Assembly: GCA_038227875.1 (NCBI GenBank)
Contig: JBBRPR010000010.1
Location: 130,344-194,343 of the forward strand
Reading direction: 5' to 3'
From: Planctomycetota bacterium
GTDB taxonomy: Bacteria; Planctomycetota; SZUA-567; H5-PLA8
DNA: 64,000 bases
Below, piece by piece: positions 17,718-28,048 of this stretch; positions within the stretch are counted from its first letter, which is position 1, and every line of letters starts with the position of its first letter. A model generated the notes under the pieces. The model was given only the letters and a program-made list of their open reading frames with translations. It searched no databases and was not told the DNA's origin. Position numbers and translations under genes: made by a program.

Positions 17718-18242
17718 ATGAACTACGTTAATGCTCGCTTCCGAACGCTTCGCAGTCACGCGGCTCAGTGGGTGGACGCATTTCGCGAGACGGTTTCGAA
17801 GTGGAAATTAGGCCGCGTAAGCCGGCGCGTGTTGGGCGAAATTCCGCGCGCGACGCCGCGACTCGGGCTGAAGTACCAGGAACTGGACGAACAGGAACTG
17901 GCGCTGCGAATTCTGCAGCACGTCGATGAATGTGTTTCACTGCAGCGCTACGCGCGGGAGCTGGAAATCTGTCCGGACGTGCTGCCGGCGTTCCGGGAGC
18001 AGGCTCATACCGCCGATGAACTGGCCTTCATGCTTTCACTTATTCCGCGCATGAATGAATGTCCGCAACTGGCGCGCGCACACCGGGCGCTGACGCGGTA
18101 CTGGACAAACGCGTGGACCGGCGGTGGAGTGAGCGATTCGGAGTACCGCTGCACGCTGAAGGGCGCGGCGTTGTATCTGCGGCAGCACGTGGAGCCGGTC
18201 GGCCCGACGGTGGATCTGGCGGAGATGCTGGCGCGCGGGTAA
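17718..18242 (+). CDS. Hypothetical protein upstream of kdpD
   Basis: 174-aa ORF with GGGAGG RBS; no family recognised. Confidence 0.65.
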   Translation: MNYVNARFRTLRSHAAQWVDAFRETVSKWKLGRVSRRVLGEIPRATPRLGLKYQELDEQELALRILQHVDECVSLQRYARELEICPDVLPAFREQAHTADELAFMLSLIPRMNECPQLARAHRALTRYWTNAWTGGGVSDSEYRCTLKGAALYLRQHVEPVGPTVDLAEMLARG

Positions 18243-18288
18243 GACTCTCTGCTTTGCGGGTGACCGCGAGTATGCGATAATCATCGGA

Positions 18289-20988
18289 ATGGAAGACAAG
18301 CGACCCGATCCGGAGGCACTGCTCGACCGCGCCAACGCGGAAGAGCTGCGCCAGAAGCGGGGGCGACTGAAGATTTTTTTCGGCGCATCCGCGGGCGTCG
18401 GGAAGACCTACGCCATGCTGGAAGCGGCGAAGGCGCGCAAGGCGGAAGGCGCCGACGTGGTCATCGGCGTGGTCGAAACGCACGGCCGCAAAGAGACCGA
18501 GGCGCTGGTTAACGGCCTGGAAATTCTGCCACTCAAATCGATCGAGTACCGCGGCGCAACGCTGCGGGAGTTTGATCTCGCCGGCGCGCTGGCGCGGCGC
18601 CCGCGGATTATTCTGATCGACGAGCTGGCGCATTCGAACGCGGAAGGCTCCAGGCATTCCAAACGCTACAAGGATGTCGCGGAGCTGCTCGACGCGGGCA
18701 TTGACGTTTACACGACCGTGAACGTCCAGCATCTCGAGAGTCTCAACGATGTCGTGGCGCAGATCACGCATGTCTCGGTGCGCGAAACGATTCCCGACGC
18801 GGTGATCGAACAGGCCGACGAAATCGAGCTGATCGATCTGCCGCCGGACGATCTGCTGCGGCGTTTGAAGGAAGGGAAGGTCTACGTTCCGTCCCAGGCG
18901 GAGCGTGCGGCTGCGAATTTTTTCCGCAAGGGCAACCTGATCGCGCTGCGTGAACTGGCGCTGCGCTGCACGGCTGAGCGCGTGAACCGGCAGGTCCAGT
19001 CGTACCGCGAAGAGCAGTCGATCAAAAGCATGTGGCCGACGGCCGACCGGATTCTGGTCTGCGTCAGCGCCAGCCCATTATCGGAGCGGCTGGTGCGCGC
19101 GGGGCGGCGCATGGCGGCGGGGCTGGGCGCGGAGTGGTTTGCGGTCTCCGTCGAGACGCCGGCGCAGGTGAACATGCCGGAGCGCGATCGCCAGCAGCTC
19201 AAGCACAACCTGGGTCTCGCGGCGCAACTGGGCGCGGAGGTGCTGACACTGCAAGGCGCGAGCATGGTCAGTGAAATTCTGCTTTACGCGACGCGGCGGA
19301 ACATCACGAAGATTATTGTCGGCAAACCCACGCGCTCGCGCTGGCTGGATCGCCTTTTCGGTTCACCGGTCGACGAGTTGATTCGTCAGAGCGGCGATGT
19401 CGACGTGTACGTGATCAAAGGTGATGCGGAGACGTCCTCACAGGTTCGCAGATTGCCCGAGCAGCATCCGGTGCCCGGCGCGAATTATGCGTGGGCGATT
19501 GGCACGGTGGCGCTGAGCACGGCGCTCTGCTGGCCGATGTTTCACGAGTATCATTTCGAACGATCGAATCTGATCATGTTGTATCTGCTCGGCGTAGTGG
19601 TGATCGCGGCGCGATTGGGTTTGGGGCCGGCGATTGTGACCTCGGTGCTGGGTGTGGCGGCGTTCGACTTTTTTTACGTCGAGCCTTTCTACACGTTCGC
19701 GGTGCGCGACTCGCAATTCTTCGTGACGTTTCTGGTGATGCTGGCGGTCTCGATCGTAATTAGTTCGCTGACGTCGCGCATCCAGCGGCAGGCGGGCGTG
19801 GCCAGCGTGCGTGAGCGGCGCACGGCGGCGCTGTATTCCATGACGCGGCAGTTGTCGAGCACGCGCGGGATGGAGCGGCTGCTGCAGATTGCGGTGCAGC
19901 ATGTCAGCGAGGTTTTCGAAAGCGATGTGGTCGGCTTGATGCCGGACGCGGATGGCCGGTTGCTGGTCCGCGCGGGCAATGAGAAGTTTCCATTCTCGCC
20001 GCGAGAACGGAGCGTGGCGCAGTGGGTGTTTGACCTGGGGCGGCCGGCGGGCATGGGCACCGATACGCTGCCGGCGGCCGAAGCGATGTATGTGCCGCTG
20101 ATGGCGACGCGCGGTCCGGTCGGCGTGCTGGGAGTGCATCCGGCGCGACCCAGCCGGCTGCTGACGGCCGATCAGATCCAGTTGCTGGAGGCATTCGCCA
20201 GCCAGGCGGCGCTCGCGATTGAGTGCGATCGTCTCGCGGACGAAGCGCAGAAGGCGCAGGTGGAGGCCGAGACGGAAAAATCGCGCAGCACGCTGCTGAG
20301 TTCTGTCTCGCACGATTTGCGCACGCCGCTGGCCTCGATTACCGGCGCGTCGAGCAGTCTGCTCGAAGAGAACCGCCTGCCGGAGGCAGCGCGGCGCGAG
20401 TTGCTCGAGACCATTCACGAAGAGTCGGCGCGCATGACGCGGCTGGTGGCCAATCTGCTGGAGATGACCAAGCTGGAAGCGGGCACGAAGATGAAGAAGG
20501 AATGGTGCCCGCTGGAGGAAGTGGTTGGCGGCGCTTTGACGCGGCTGGAAAAAACGTTGCGCGACCATCCGGTCACGGTGAAATTGGCGCCCGATCTGCC
20601 ACTGGTGCCGCAAGACGTGATTTTAATGGAGCAGGTCTTCACCAATCTGCTCGAGAATGTGGTGAAGTACACTCCGACGGGAACGGCCGTGGACATTTCC
20701 GCGATCGTGGAGAACAATGAAGTGCGCGTCGACGTAGCCGATCGTGGTCCAGGTTTGCAGAGCGGCGACGAGAAGAAGATTTTCGACAAATTCTACCGCG
20801 GCAAGGGCGCTGGCGCGTCGCGCGGCGCGGGATTGGGGTTGGCGATTTGCCGCGCGATTGTCGAAGCTCACGGCGGTAAGATCTGGGCGGAGAATCGCGT
20901 GGACGGCGGCGCGGTTTTCCGGTTTACGCTCCCTTTAAAGGGGGAGAAGCCCGTGACAGAACAACTTCCCGAGGTCCAGGTTTCGTAA
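18289..20988 (+). CDS. kdpD: Sensor histidine kinase KdpD
   Basis: RGRLKIFFGASAGVGKTYAML, DELAH, TTVNVQHLESLND; Usp domain, 4 TM helices, GAF, SHDLRTPL, GLGLAIC. Confidence 0.97.
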   Translation: MEDKRPDPEALLDRANAEELRQKRGRLKIFFGASAGVGKTYAMLEAAKARKAEGADVVIGVVETHGRKETEALVNGLEILPLKSIEYRGATLREFDLAGALARRPRIILIDELAHSNAEGSRHSKRYKDVAELLDAGIDVYTTVNVQHLESLNDVVAQITHVSVRETIPDAVIEQADEIELIDLPPDDLLRRLKEGKVYVPSQAERAAANFFRKGNLIALRELALRCTAERVNRQVQSYREEQSIKSMWPTADRILVCVSASPLSERLVRAGRRMAAGLGAEWFAVSVETPAQVNMPERDRQQLKHNLGLAAQLGAEVLTLQGASMVSEILLYATRRNITKIIVGKPTRSRWLDRLFGSPVDELIRQSGDVDVYVIKGDAETSSQVRRLPEQHPVPGANYAWAIGTVALSTALCWPMFHEYHFERSNLIMLYLLGVVVIAARLGLGPAIVTSVLGVAAFDFFYVEPFYTFAVRDSQFFVTFLVMLAVSIVISSLTSRIQRQAGVASVRERRTAALYSMTRQLSSTRGMERLLQIAVQHVSEVFESDVVGLMPDADGRLLVRAGNEKFPFSPRERSVAQWVFDLGRPAGMGTDTLPAAEAMYVPLMATRGPVGVLGVHPARPSRLLTADQIQLLEAFASQAALAIECDRLADEAQKAQVEAETEKSRSTLLSSVSHDLRTPLASITGASSSLLEENRLPEAARRELLETIHEESARMTRLVANLLEMTKLEAGTKMKKEWCPLEEVVGGALTRLEKTLRDHPVTVKLAPDLPLVPQDVILMEQVFTNLLENVVKYTPTGTAVDISAIVENNEVRVDVADRGPGLQSGDEKKIFDKFYRGKGAGASRGAGLGLAICRAIVEAHGGKIWAENRVDGGAVFRFTLPLKGEKPVTEQLPEVQVS

Positions 20989-21687
20989 ATGTCAGACACC
21001 GCGCCGGTCATCTTAGTCATCGAAGACGAGCCGCAGATCCGCCGCTTTTTGCGCGCGACGCTGGGCAGCCAGGGCTACACGCTGTTGGAAGCGACGACGG
21101 CGCAGGAAGGCCTGAGCGAAGCGGCGTCGCATCCGCCGGACATTGTGCTTTTGGATCTCGGCCTGCCGGACATGGATGGCCTGGAGGTCGTGCAGCGACT
21201 GCGCGAGTGGACGACGGTGCCGATCATCATTATTTCAGCACGGGGACAGGAGCACGATAAAGTCGCGGGACTGGACGCCGGCGCCGACGATTACCTCACC
21301 AAGCCGTTCGGCGTCGCGGAACTGATGGCGCGCGTACGCGTGGCGATGCGGCACGCCAACCGGACGCTCAACGATGGCGCAGATTCGGTCTTCAAGACGG
21401 GTGATCTGGAAGTGGACCTCGCGCACCGCAATGTTCGCGTGGGCGAGAAAGAGATTCGGCTGACGCCGATTGAATTCAAGCTGCTGGGACTGCTGGTGAA
21501 GCACGCAGGAAAAGTGCTGACCCACCGGCAGATCCTGAAGGAAGTCTGGGGACCGAATTACGCGGAAGAGAGTCACTATCTGCGGGTTTTCGTGCATCAG
21601 TTGCGCCATAAACTCGAAGCGGACCCCGCGAAGCCAAAGTACCTCGTGACGGAAGCGGGTGTGGGGTATCGGTTGCGCACGGAGTGA
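20989..21687 (+). CDS. kdpE: Response regulator KdpE
   Basis: OmpR-family receiver plus winged helix (GKVLTHRQILKEVWG, HYLRVFVHQLRHKLE); directly after kdpD. Confidence 0.95.
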   Translation: MSDTAPVILVIEDEPQIRRFLRATLGSQGYTLLEATTAQEGLSEAASHPPDIVLLDLGLPDMDGLEVVQRLREWTTVPIIIISARGQEHDKVAGLDAGADDYLTKPFGVAELMARVRVAMRHANRTLNDGADSVFKTGDLEVDLAHRNVRVGEKEIRLTPIEFKLLGLLVKHAGKVLTHRQILKEVWGPNYAEESHYLRVFVHQLRHKLEADPAKPKYLVTEAGVGYRLRTE

Positions 21688-21793
21688 AGGGCGATTCTCG
21701 CCAGGCAAATTTGCCTGATGTTGGCTTTTGACCACTGCGTGCCTTTGAAACTGACGCTCGCGGGTTGAGAGCCTGCGGTACAATGCGCGCGGC

Positions 21794-24007
21794 ATGCGCA
21801 CTTCACTTACTCCCGTTCGCGATCTGATCCTCGTTGGAGGCGGGCACGCTCACGTCCAGGTGGTGAAGATGCTGGCGATGGACGGACCGCCGGACCTGCG
21901 CGTGACGCTGGTCTCCGAATACCCGACCGCGTTCTATTCCGGGATGTTGCCGGGTTGCGTCGCGGAATTGTACGAACCGCGCGACATCCAGATTGAGCTG
22001 CGCCCGCTGGCGCGCTGGGCGGGCGCGCGATTTATCGAGTCCCGTGTTGCGGGCATCGATTGGAAAGAGAAAGTCGTCCGCTTCGACGACCGGCCGGAGC
22101 TGGCGTACGACGTGCTCTCGTTGAATGTCGGATCGACAACGCGTGGCGGCGATGTGCCGGGCGTGCGCGAGCATGCGTTGATGACGCGGCCGATCAACAC
22201 GCTGCTGACGAAGCTCGAAGCATTCGAGAAGAATTTTACGGGCGGGAAAAAACCGGAGGTCGTGGTCGTCGGCGGCGGCGCGGCGGGATTTGAGCTCTGC
22301 TGCGGCCTGCACGCGCGTTTCAACAAACGGTTTGGCGGCTGCCACATTACTCTGGTCGACAGCAATGCGGATATTTTGATGGAGCGCGGCGCGCGGACGA
22401 CAGCGCTGGGGCGCAAGACGTTCAAAGAGAAGGGCATCGATGCCATCTTTAATGTTCGCGCCAAAAAAGCGGAGGCGACGTCGCTGGAATTGAGCGACGG
22501 ACGGACGCTGCCGTTCGATCTGCTCGTCTGGGCGACGGGTGGAGCTCCGCCAGAACTGGCGGCGCGGACGGGTCTAGCCGTGGACGACGCGGGCTTCATC
22601 AAAATCAAGCGGACGCTGCAGACGGAATCGTCGCCGGATGTGTTTGCGGCGGGGGATTGCGTGCAGCTTGAGGGGTTTCCGAAGCTGCCGAAATCGGGCG
22701 TTTACGCGGTGCGCGAGGGGCCCTATCTGGCGCACAACATCCGCGCGCATTTGCGGGACGAGGTGCTGGAAGAATACGTGCCGCAGCGTGGATTTCTGGC
22801 GCTGTTGATGACTGGCGATAAAAGCGCGATCGGCAGCCGGAATGGTTTGGCGGCGCGAGGGAAATGGGTGTGGCGCTGGAAGGATTACATCGATCAGCGC
22901 TTCATGGACATGTTCGTGCCGCAGTTCATCGACCGTGTGCCGATGCGTTCGGGATTGCCGATCAACCGAGAACCGCCGGATCCGAACGAGGCGGTGCGCT
23001 GCGCGGGTTGCGGCGGGAAAGTTGGCGGCACGGTCCTATCGAAGGTGCTCGGTAAACTGGAGCTGCACACGCATGCGCGCGTGCGTGTCGGGCTGGACAA
23101 ACCCGACGACGCGGCGGTGGTGAAGATTCCCGATGGGCTGGAGTTGGTGCAGACGGTCGATCACTTTCGCGCGTTTCTCGAGGATCCGTACCTGGTAGGG
23201 AGGATCGCGACGATTCACGCGGCGTCGGATATTTTCGCGATGGGCGCCAAGCCCGACACGGTGCTCGCGTTTGCAACGCTGCCGCGGGGGAGCGACGACC
23301 TGGTGGCTCGCGATCTGGCGGCGGTGATGGCCGGAATCGTCCGGGAGACGCATGCGCTCGGCGCGTCGCTTGTCGGCGGGCACACAGACGAAGGTGAAGA
23401 CCTTTCAGTCGGCTTGGTGTTCAACGGGCTGATCGATCCGAAAAAAATTCTGACCAAGAGCGGACTGCGCGTGGGCGACCGGCTGATTCTGACCAAGCCG
23501 CTGGGCACGGGCACGATTCTAGCGGCGGAGATGCGCATGCTGCCGGTGGGATCGGCGGTGAGCGCGGCGGTGAAATCGATGCTGACGAGCAATGGCGCGG
23601 CGGCGGAAATTCTGATCCGCTCCGGCGCGCATGCGCTGACGGACGTTACCGGCTTTGGCCTGGCGGTACATTTAAGCGAGATGCTGGAGGCCAGCGGCGT
23701 CTCGGCGGAACTGGAGCTTCAGAAACTGCCGCTGCTTCCTGGCGCGACGTGGTGTTTTGCGCAGGACGTGAACAGTTCACTGCACAATTCGAATCGGCGG
23801 CATCTGATTCATCGGTGGGAAGTGACCGGCGATCGCCAGCGCGGCGGGGAGATTCTGTACGACCCGCAAACCAGCGGTGGCTTGATCGCCGGCGTGGCGG
23901 AAGCCGATGTGAAAGCGGTTCTTGATCAACTCCACGCGGCGGGTTATGCCGAAGCGGCGGAGATCGGACGCGTGATCGCCGGCGAACGCGAACTGAAGAT
24001 TGTATAA
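21794..24007 (+). CDS. selD: Selenide, water dikinase fused to an N-terminal FAD-dependent pyridine nucleotide-disulfide oxidoreductase domain
   Basis: N-term LVGGGHAH, YSGMLPG and FAAGDC; C-term RCAGCGGK, DDAA, QTVDHF, GGHT, LTKPLGTG, TDVTGFGL and DPQTSGGL. Confidence 0.93.
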   Translation: MRTSLTPVRDLILVGGGHAHVQVVKMLAMDGPPDLRVTLVSEYPTAFYSGMLPGCVAELYEPRDIQIELRPLARWAGARFIESRVAGIDWKEKVVRFDDRPELAYDVLSLNVGSTTRGGDVPGVREHALMTRPINTLLTKLEAFEKNFTGGKKPEVVVVGGGAAGFELCCGLHARFNKRFGGCHITLVDSNADILMERGARTTALGRKTFKEKGIDAIFNVRAKKAEATSLELSDGRTLPFDLLVWATGGAPPELAARTGLAVDDAGFIKIKRTLQTESSPDVFAAGDCVQLEGFPKLPKSGVYAVREGPYLAHNIRAHLRDEVLEEYVPQRGFLALLMTGDKSAIGSRNGLAARGKWVWRWKDYIDQRFMDMFVPQFIDRVPMRSGLPINREPPDPNEAVRCAGCGGKVGGTVLSKVLGKLELHTHARVRVGLDKPDDAAVVKIPDGLELVQTVDHFRAFLEDPYLVGRIATIHAASDIFAMGAKPDTVLAFATLPRGSDDLVARDLAAVMAGIVRETHALGASLVGGHTDEGEDLSVGLVFNGLIDPKKILTKSGLRVGDRLILTKPLGTGTILAAEMRMLPVGSAVSAAVKSMLTSNGAAAEILIRSGAHALTDVTGFGLAVHLSEMLEASGVSAELELQKLPLLPGATWCFAQDVNSSLHNSNRRHLIHRWEVTGDRQRGGEILYDPQTSGGLIAGVAEADVKAVLDQLHAAGYAEAAEIGRVIAGERELKIV

Positions 24008-24016
24008 CGAGGGACT

Positions 24017-24988
24017 ATGGCACGATTCGACGACTGTCTGACTCGAACCGGCCACGCGGAGCTTCGCGCGGATCGGATTTCCACGCTGCAGGTCAACGTC
24101 GGAAAGTATTGCAATCAGACCTGCCGCCATTGCCACGTTGACGCGGGTCCGCATCGTATTGCCGAACAGATGACGCATGAGACGGCGCAGTTGATTGTGG
24201 AGGTGCTGACGCGGCATCCGTCGATCGAGACGCTGGACATCACGGGCGGCGCGCCGGAATTGAATCCGGAATTCCGCTTTCTTGTGCGCGAAGCGACGGC
24301 GCTGAAGCGGCACGTGATCGACCGCTGCAACCTGACGGTGATGTTCCAGGACGGGCAGCGCGAGCTGCCGGAATTTCTCGCGGCGCATCGCGTGCACGTG
24401 ATCGCCTCGCTGCCGTGTTATTCCGAGGAAAATGTCGACCGGCAGCGCGGCAAGGGCGTGTTCGCCAGCAGCATCGCGGCGCTGAAGGCGCTGAACGCGC
24501 TGGGGTACGGCGCAGAAAATTCCGGACTGGCGCTGGATCTGGTTTTCAATCCGCAGGGGCCGAGTCTGCCGCCTCCGCAAGCTGCGTTGGAAGCGGATTA
24601 CAAACGCGAGCTGGGGAAGCTGGGCGTGCGCTTCAACAGTCTGCTGACGATCACTAACATGCCGATCTCGCGATTTAAATTGGATCTGGAGCATTCGGGA
24701 AAACTGCAGAAGTATACCGAGCTGCTGGAGTCGAAGTTCAATCCGACCGCCGTTGATGATGTGATGTGCCGGTCGCTGATTTCGGTGAGCTGGGATGGGC
24801 GGCTGTTCGACTGCGACTTCAATCAGATGCTGGAATTGCCACTGGCTGAAAAGCCGATCGCGCACCTTCGCGACTTTGATTTGGATGTGCTGCAGCGGCG
24901 AAAAATTCACACGGCGGAGCACTGCCTGGGTTGTACGGCCGGCGCGGGGTCGTCGTGTACGGGAGCGCTGTTGACGGGGGCGCGATGA
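24017..24988 (+). CDS. arsS: Arsenosugar-biosynthesis-type radical SAM protein (ArsS / DUF3641)
   Basis: TLQVNVGKYCNQTCRHCHVDAGP, DITGGAPELNP, ASLPCY, DCDFNQML and HCLGCTAGAGSSC. Confidence 0.93.
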   Translation: MARFDDCLTRTGHAELRADRISTLQVNVGKYCNQTCRHCHVDAGPHRIAEQMTHETAQLIVEVLTRHPSIETLDITGGAPELNPEFRFLVREATALKRHVIDRCNLTVMFQDGQRELPEFLAAHRVHVIASLPCYSEENVDRQRGKGVFASSIAALKALNALGYGAENSGLALDLVFNPQGPSLPPPQAALEADYKRELGKLGVRFNSLLTITNMPISRFKLDLEHSGKLQKYTELLESKFNPTAVDDVMCRSLISVSWDGRLFDCDFNQMLELPLAEKPIAHLRDFDLDVLQRRKIHTAEHCLGCTAGAGSSCTGALLTGAR

Positions 24989-25698
24989 GCGACGCGGCGG
25001 CGCCGCCAGAGGCGGGGCACTCGCGGCGGATTGTGCTGCTGGTCGTCACAGTGGCGGCGATCTCGGTCGCGTTTTTGTTTCTGCCGATGGCCCAGTACGT
25101 ACAGCAGCTGCGCAGTTTTTTCGAACAGGCGGGCTGGTGGGGCAAGGCCGTTTATGTTTTCGCCTACATCGTCGCAACGGTGTGTCTGGTTCCGGCCAGC
25201 GCGCTGACGCTGCTGGCCGGCGGCGTGTACGGATTTGTCACGGGATTCGTGCTGACGGTGATCGCAAGCAATCTGGGCGCGCTGTGTGCGTTTCTGCTGG
25301 GGCGGAGCGTGCTGCGGACACGCGTGGAAGCTTGGGCGAAGAGCGCGCCGAAATTCGCGTCGTTGCGCGATGCGATCGGGCGGAGTGGTTTCAAGATTGT
25401 GATTTTAACGCGCCTCTCGCCGATCTTTCCGTTCACGCTGTTGAATTATGTGCTGGGATTGACGACGGTTTCGACGGTTCGGTATGCGTTGGCGTCGTTT
25501 TTGGGCATGCTGCCGGGGACGGCGGTGTTTGTGTACCTCGGGGCGCTCTCGGGGGAATTGGCGGGTGGCGAGCGGCCGCATACTCTGAAGCTGGCGTCGC
25601 AGATCGTCGGGCTTGTTGCTACGCTGGCGGCGACGTTTTTCATCGCCCGGGTGGCGAAGCGCGCATTGAACGAAGGCACTCCGCATGAGCAGTCCTGA
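24985..25698 (+). CDS. TVP38/TMEM64 (VTT/DedA) membrane protein
   Basis: PASALTLLAGGVYG, RLSPIFPFTLLNYVLG and GMLPGT; ATGA overlap with arsS. Confidence 0.92.
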   Translation: MSDAAAPPEAGHSRRIVLLVVTVAAISVAFLFLPMAQYVQQLRSFFEQAGWWGKAVYVFAYIVATVCLVPASALTLLAGGVYGFVTGFVLTVIASNLGALCAFLLGRSVLRTRVEAWAKSAPKFASLRDAIGRSGFKIVILTRLSPIFPFTLLNYVLGLTTVSTVRYALASFLGMLPGTAVFVYLGALSGELAGGERPHTLKLASQIVGLVATLAATFFIARVAKRALNEGTPHEQS

Positions 25699-27202
25699 GC
25701 CCGATGACATTCACAACCGTGCGCTGCGCGCCAATGCGTTTCCGGAAGGCTACACGCATCCGACGCCGGCGAAGAGATACAACCTGGTCGTGATTGGCGC
25801 GGGGCCGGCGGGCCTGGTCGTCGCGGCGGCGGCTGCGTCGCTGGGCGGAAAAGTGGCGTTGATCGAGCGGCACCGGATGGGCGGCGATTGCTTGAATGTC
25901 GGCTGCGTGCCGTCGAAGGCGCTGATCTCATCGGCGCGCGCGGCAGCAGCGGTGCGCGAGGCGGAGCATTTTGGTGTCGGCGTGGCAGCTCCGCAGGTGG
26001 ATTTTCCGCGCGTGATGGAACGGCTGCGAAAACTGCGTGCGGAGATCAGCCGCGCGGATTCCGTCGAGCGGTTTTCGGGGCTGGGCGTGGATGTGTTTCT
26101 GGGCGAGGGACGATTCACCGGGCCGGATGCCATCGAAGTCGGCAGCAAGACGTTGAAGTTCGCGCGCGCGGCGATCACGGTAGGCAGCGTGCCCTTCGTG
26201 CCGGAGATTCCGGGCCTGAAAGAGGTGGGATTCGAAACGAATCTCTCGATTTTCAATCTAACGGAGCTTCCGGAGAGTCTGTGCGTGATCGGCGGCGGGC
26301 CAATCGGCTGCGAGTTGGCGCAGTCGTTCGCGCGGCTGGGATCACAGGTGACGCTGGTGCAGCGCGGCGGGCGGTTGCTGCCGCGCGACGACGCTGACGC
26401 GGCGAAAATCGTGCAGGCGAAACTGGAGGCGGACGGTATCCGCGTGATGCTCAACGCGAAGGTGACGGCCGCATCGAAGCTCAATGATCGCCAGCGGCAG
26501 GTCAGCGTAGAGTGTGATGGGAAGCAGATGCAGATTCCGTGCGCGACGATTCTGGTGGCGTCAGGACGCCGGACGGATCTGTCGGCGTTGAATCTCGGCG
26601 TGGCGAATGTGAAGTCCGACGAACACGGCGTGATCGTGGACGATTTTTTGCGCACGTCGAATTCGAACGTGTACGCGGCGGGGGATTGCTGTTCGGGATT
26701 CAAGTTCACGCACGCGGCGGATGCGATGGCGCGACTGCTGATTCGCAACGCGCTGTTTTTGGGGCGCGGGCGGGTGTCGAAGCTGGTGATTCCGTGGGCT
26801 ACGTACACGGAGCCCGAGGTGGCTCACGTGGGCCTCACGACTGTTGATGCGGCCAAGCGCGGCATCACGACCGACGTGATCACCGTCGAGATGCGGGACG
26901 TGGATCGCGCGGTTCTCGACCACACACGCGAAGGCTTTGGGCGATTGGTGCTGCGAAAAGGCACAGACGAGATTCTCGGCGCGACGCTAATCGGGTCGCA
27001 CGCGGGGGACATGATTCCCATCGCGGTGCTGGCGATCCAGAACAAACTCGGCGCGGGGAGTCTGGCGAGTTCGATTCTGCCGTACCCGACGGTCGGGGAG
27101 ATCTGGCGGAAGCTGGGCGATGCGTACAACCGCACGCGGTTGACGCCGCGGTCGAAGGGAGTTCTGTCGGCGGTATTGCGGTGGCGCCGCGGCGGAGACT
27201 GA
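25685..27202 (+). CDS. Flavoprotein disulfide reductase (mercuric reductase/dihydrolipoamide dehydrogenase-like)
   Basis: GAGPAG, GGDCLNVGCVPSK, GGGPIGCE, FTHAA and YPT; no MerA C-terminal Cys pair. Confidence 0.9.
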   Translation: MSSPEPDDIHNRALRANAFPEGYTHPTPAKRYNLVVIGAGPAGLVVAAAAASLGGKVALIERHRMGGDCLNVGCVPSKALISSARAAAAVREAEHFGVGVAAPQVDFPRVMERLRKLRAEISRADSVERFSGLGVDVFLGEGRFTGPDAIEVGSKTLKFARAAITVGSVPFVPEIPGLKEVGFETNLSIFNLTELPESLCVIGGGPIGCELAQSFARLGSQVTLVQRGGRLLPRDDADAAKIVQAKLEADGIRVMLNAKVTAASKLNDRQRQVSVECDGKQMQIPCATILVASGRRTDLSALNLGVANVKSDEHGVIVDDFLRTSNSNVYAAGDCCSGFKFTHAADAMARLLIRNALFLGRGRVSKLVIPWATYTEPEVAHVGLTTVDAAKRGITTDVITVEMRDVDRAVLDHTREGFGRLVLRKGTDEILGATLIGSHAGDMIPIAVLAIQNKLGAGSLASSILPYPTVGEIWRKLGDAYNRTRLTPRSKGVLSAVLRWRRGGD

Positions 27203-27307
27203 TTTTTTTATCTCACGCAAAGCGCTAAGTCGCAAAGAACCGGCATTTTCCGTTTTCCATTTTGATTTTCCATTTTCCATTGCGCAGGCGGGTGAAACGG
27301 ATTTTGT

Positions 27308-28048
27308 ATGCGTGATGTTTCGATTGTGATTCCGGTTTTGAATGATGCGGAGGCGTTGGGGCGCTGTCTGGCGGCTTTGAGAGCGGATCGGCCCTCGTTC
27401 ACAGTTGAGATTCTGGTTTGTGATGGTGGCGGGGATGCGCGGTGCGCGGCGGTGGCGCGGGAATATGGGGCGCGGTATCTGGTTTCGGCGCCGGGGCGCG
27501 CGGTACAGATGAATGCGGGGGCGGAACTGGCGTCGGGGGAGTGGATCTGGTTTTTGCATGCGGATTGTGTGCCGTCTGCAGGCTCCGTCGATGCGATTGC
27601 GCGAGTGGATGAGCGGCGGGGGTGGGGCTGCTTTCGGCATCGGATCGATGCGGCCGGAATGTCGCTGCGCTTGATAGAGGCGGCGGACAATCTGCGCGCG
27701 CGCTTAATGCGGATGCCGTATGGTGATCAGGGAATCTTTGTGCGGCGCGCGCTATTCTTTCGCGTCGGCGGATTTCAAAACGTACGGCTACTCGAAGATG
27801 TCCTGCTCGCTCAAGCGCTGGTGGAATTCGGTGCGCCGCGCGTGCTCCATCCGCTGCTTCATTCGGATGCGCGGCGCTGGCTGAAGCATGGCGTGCTGCG
27901 GACGACGTGGATGAACTGGCGCGTGATGTGGATGTATCTGGTTGCCGGCCAAAGTATCGATGAGATCGCGGCGTACTATAAGGGTGGGCGTTCGCTGGGG
28001 AGCGCGCCAATCAAGCGGAGCGCTTCCAGCGTCTCAGGCGCGAGCTGA
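27308..28048 (+). CDS. GT2 glycosyltransferase, rSAM/selenodomain-associated (TIGR04283-like)
   Basis: VSIVIPVLND, GRAVQMNAGA, FLHAD, PYGDQGIFVRR, GGF..LLED and SDARRW. Confidence 0.9.
   Translation: MRDVSIVIPVLNDAEALGRCLAALRADRPSFTVEILVCDGGGDARCAAVAREYGARYLVSAPGRAVQMNAGAELASGEWIWFLHADCVPSAGSVDAIARVDERRGWGCFRHRIDAAGMSLRLIEAADNLRARLMRMPYGDQGIFVRRALFFRVGGFQNVRLLEDVLLAQALVEFGAPRVLHPLLHSDARRWLKHGVLRTTWMNWRVMWMYLVAGQSIDEIAAYYKGGRSLGSAPIKRSASSVSGAS

Noticed and set aside
21794..27202. Selenocysteine recoding in selD, arsS or the reductase
   Set aside because: The relevant positions are TGC/TGT, and the terminal TGA codons fall at expected protein ends.
25685..27202. True mercuric reductase merA
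   Set aside because: No C-terminal Cys pair, no NmerA domain and no mer genes nearby.
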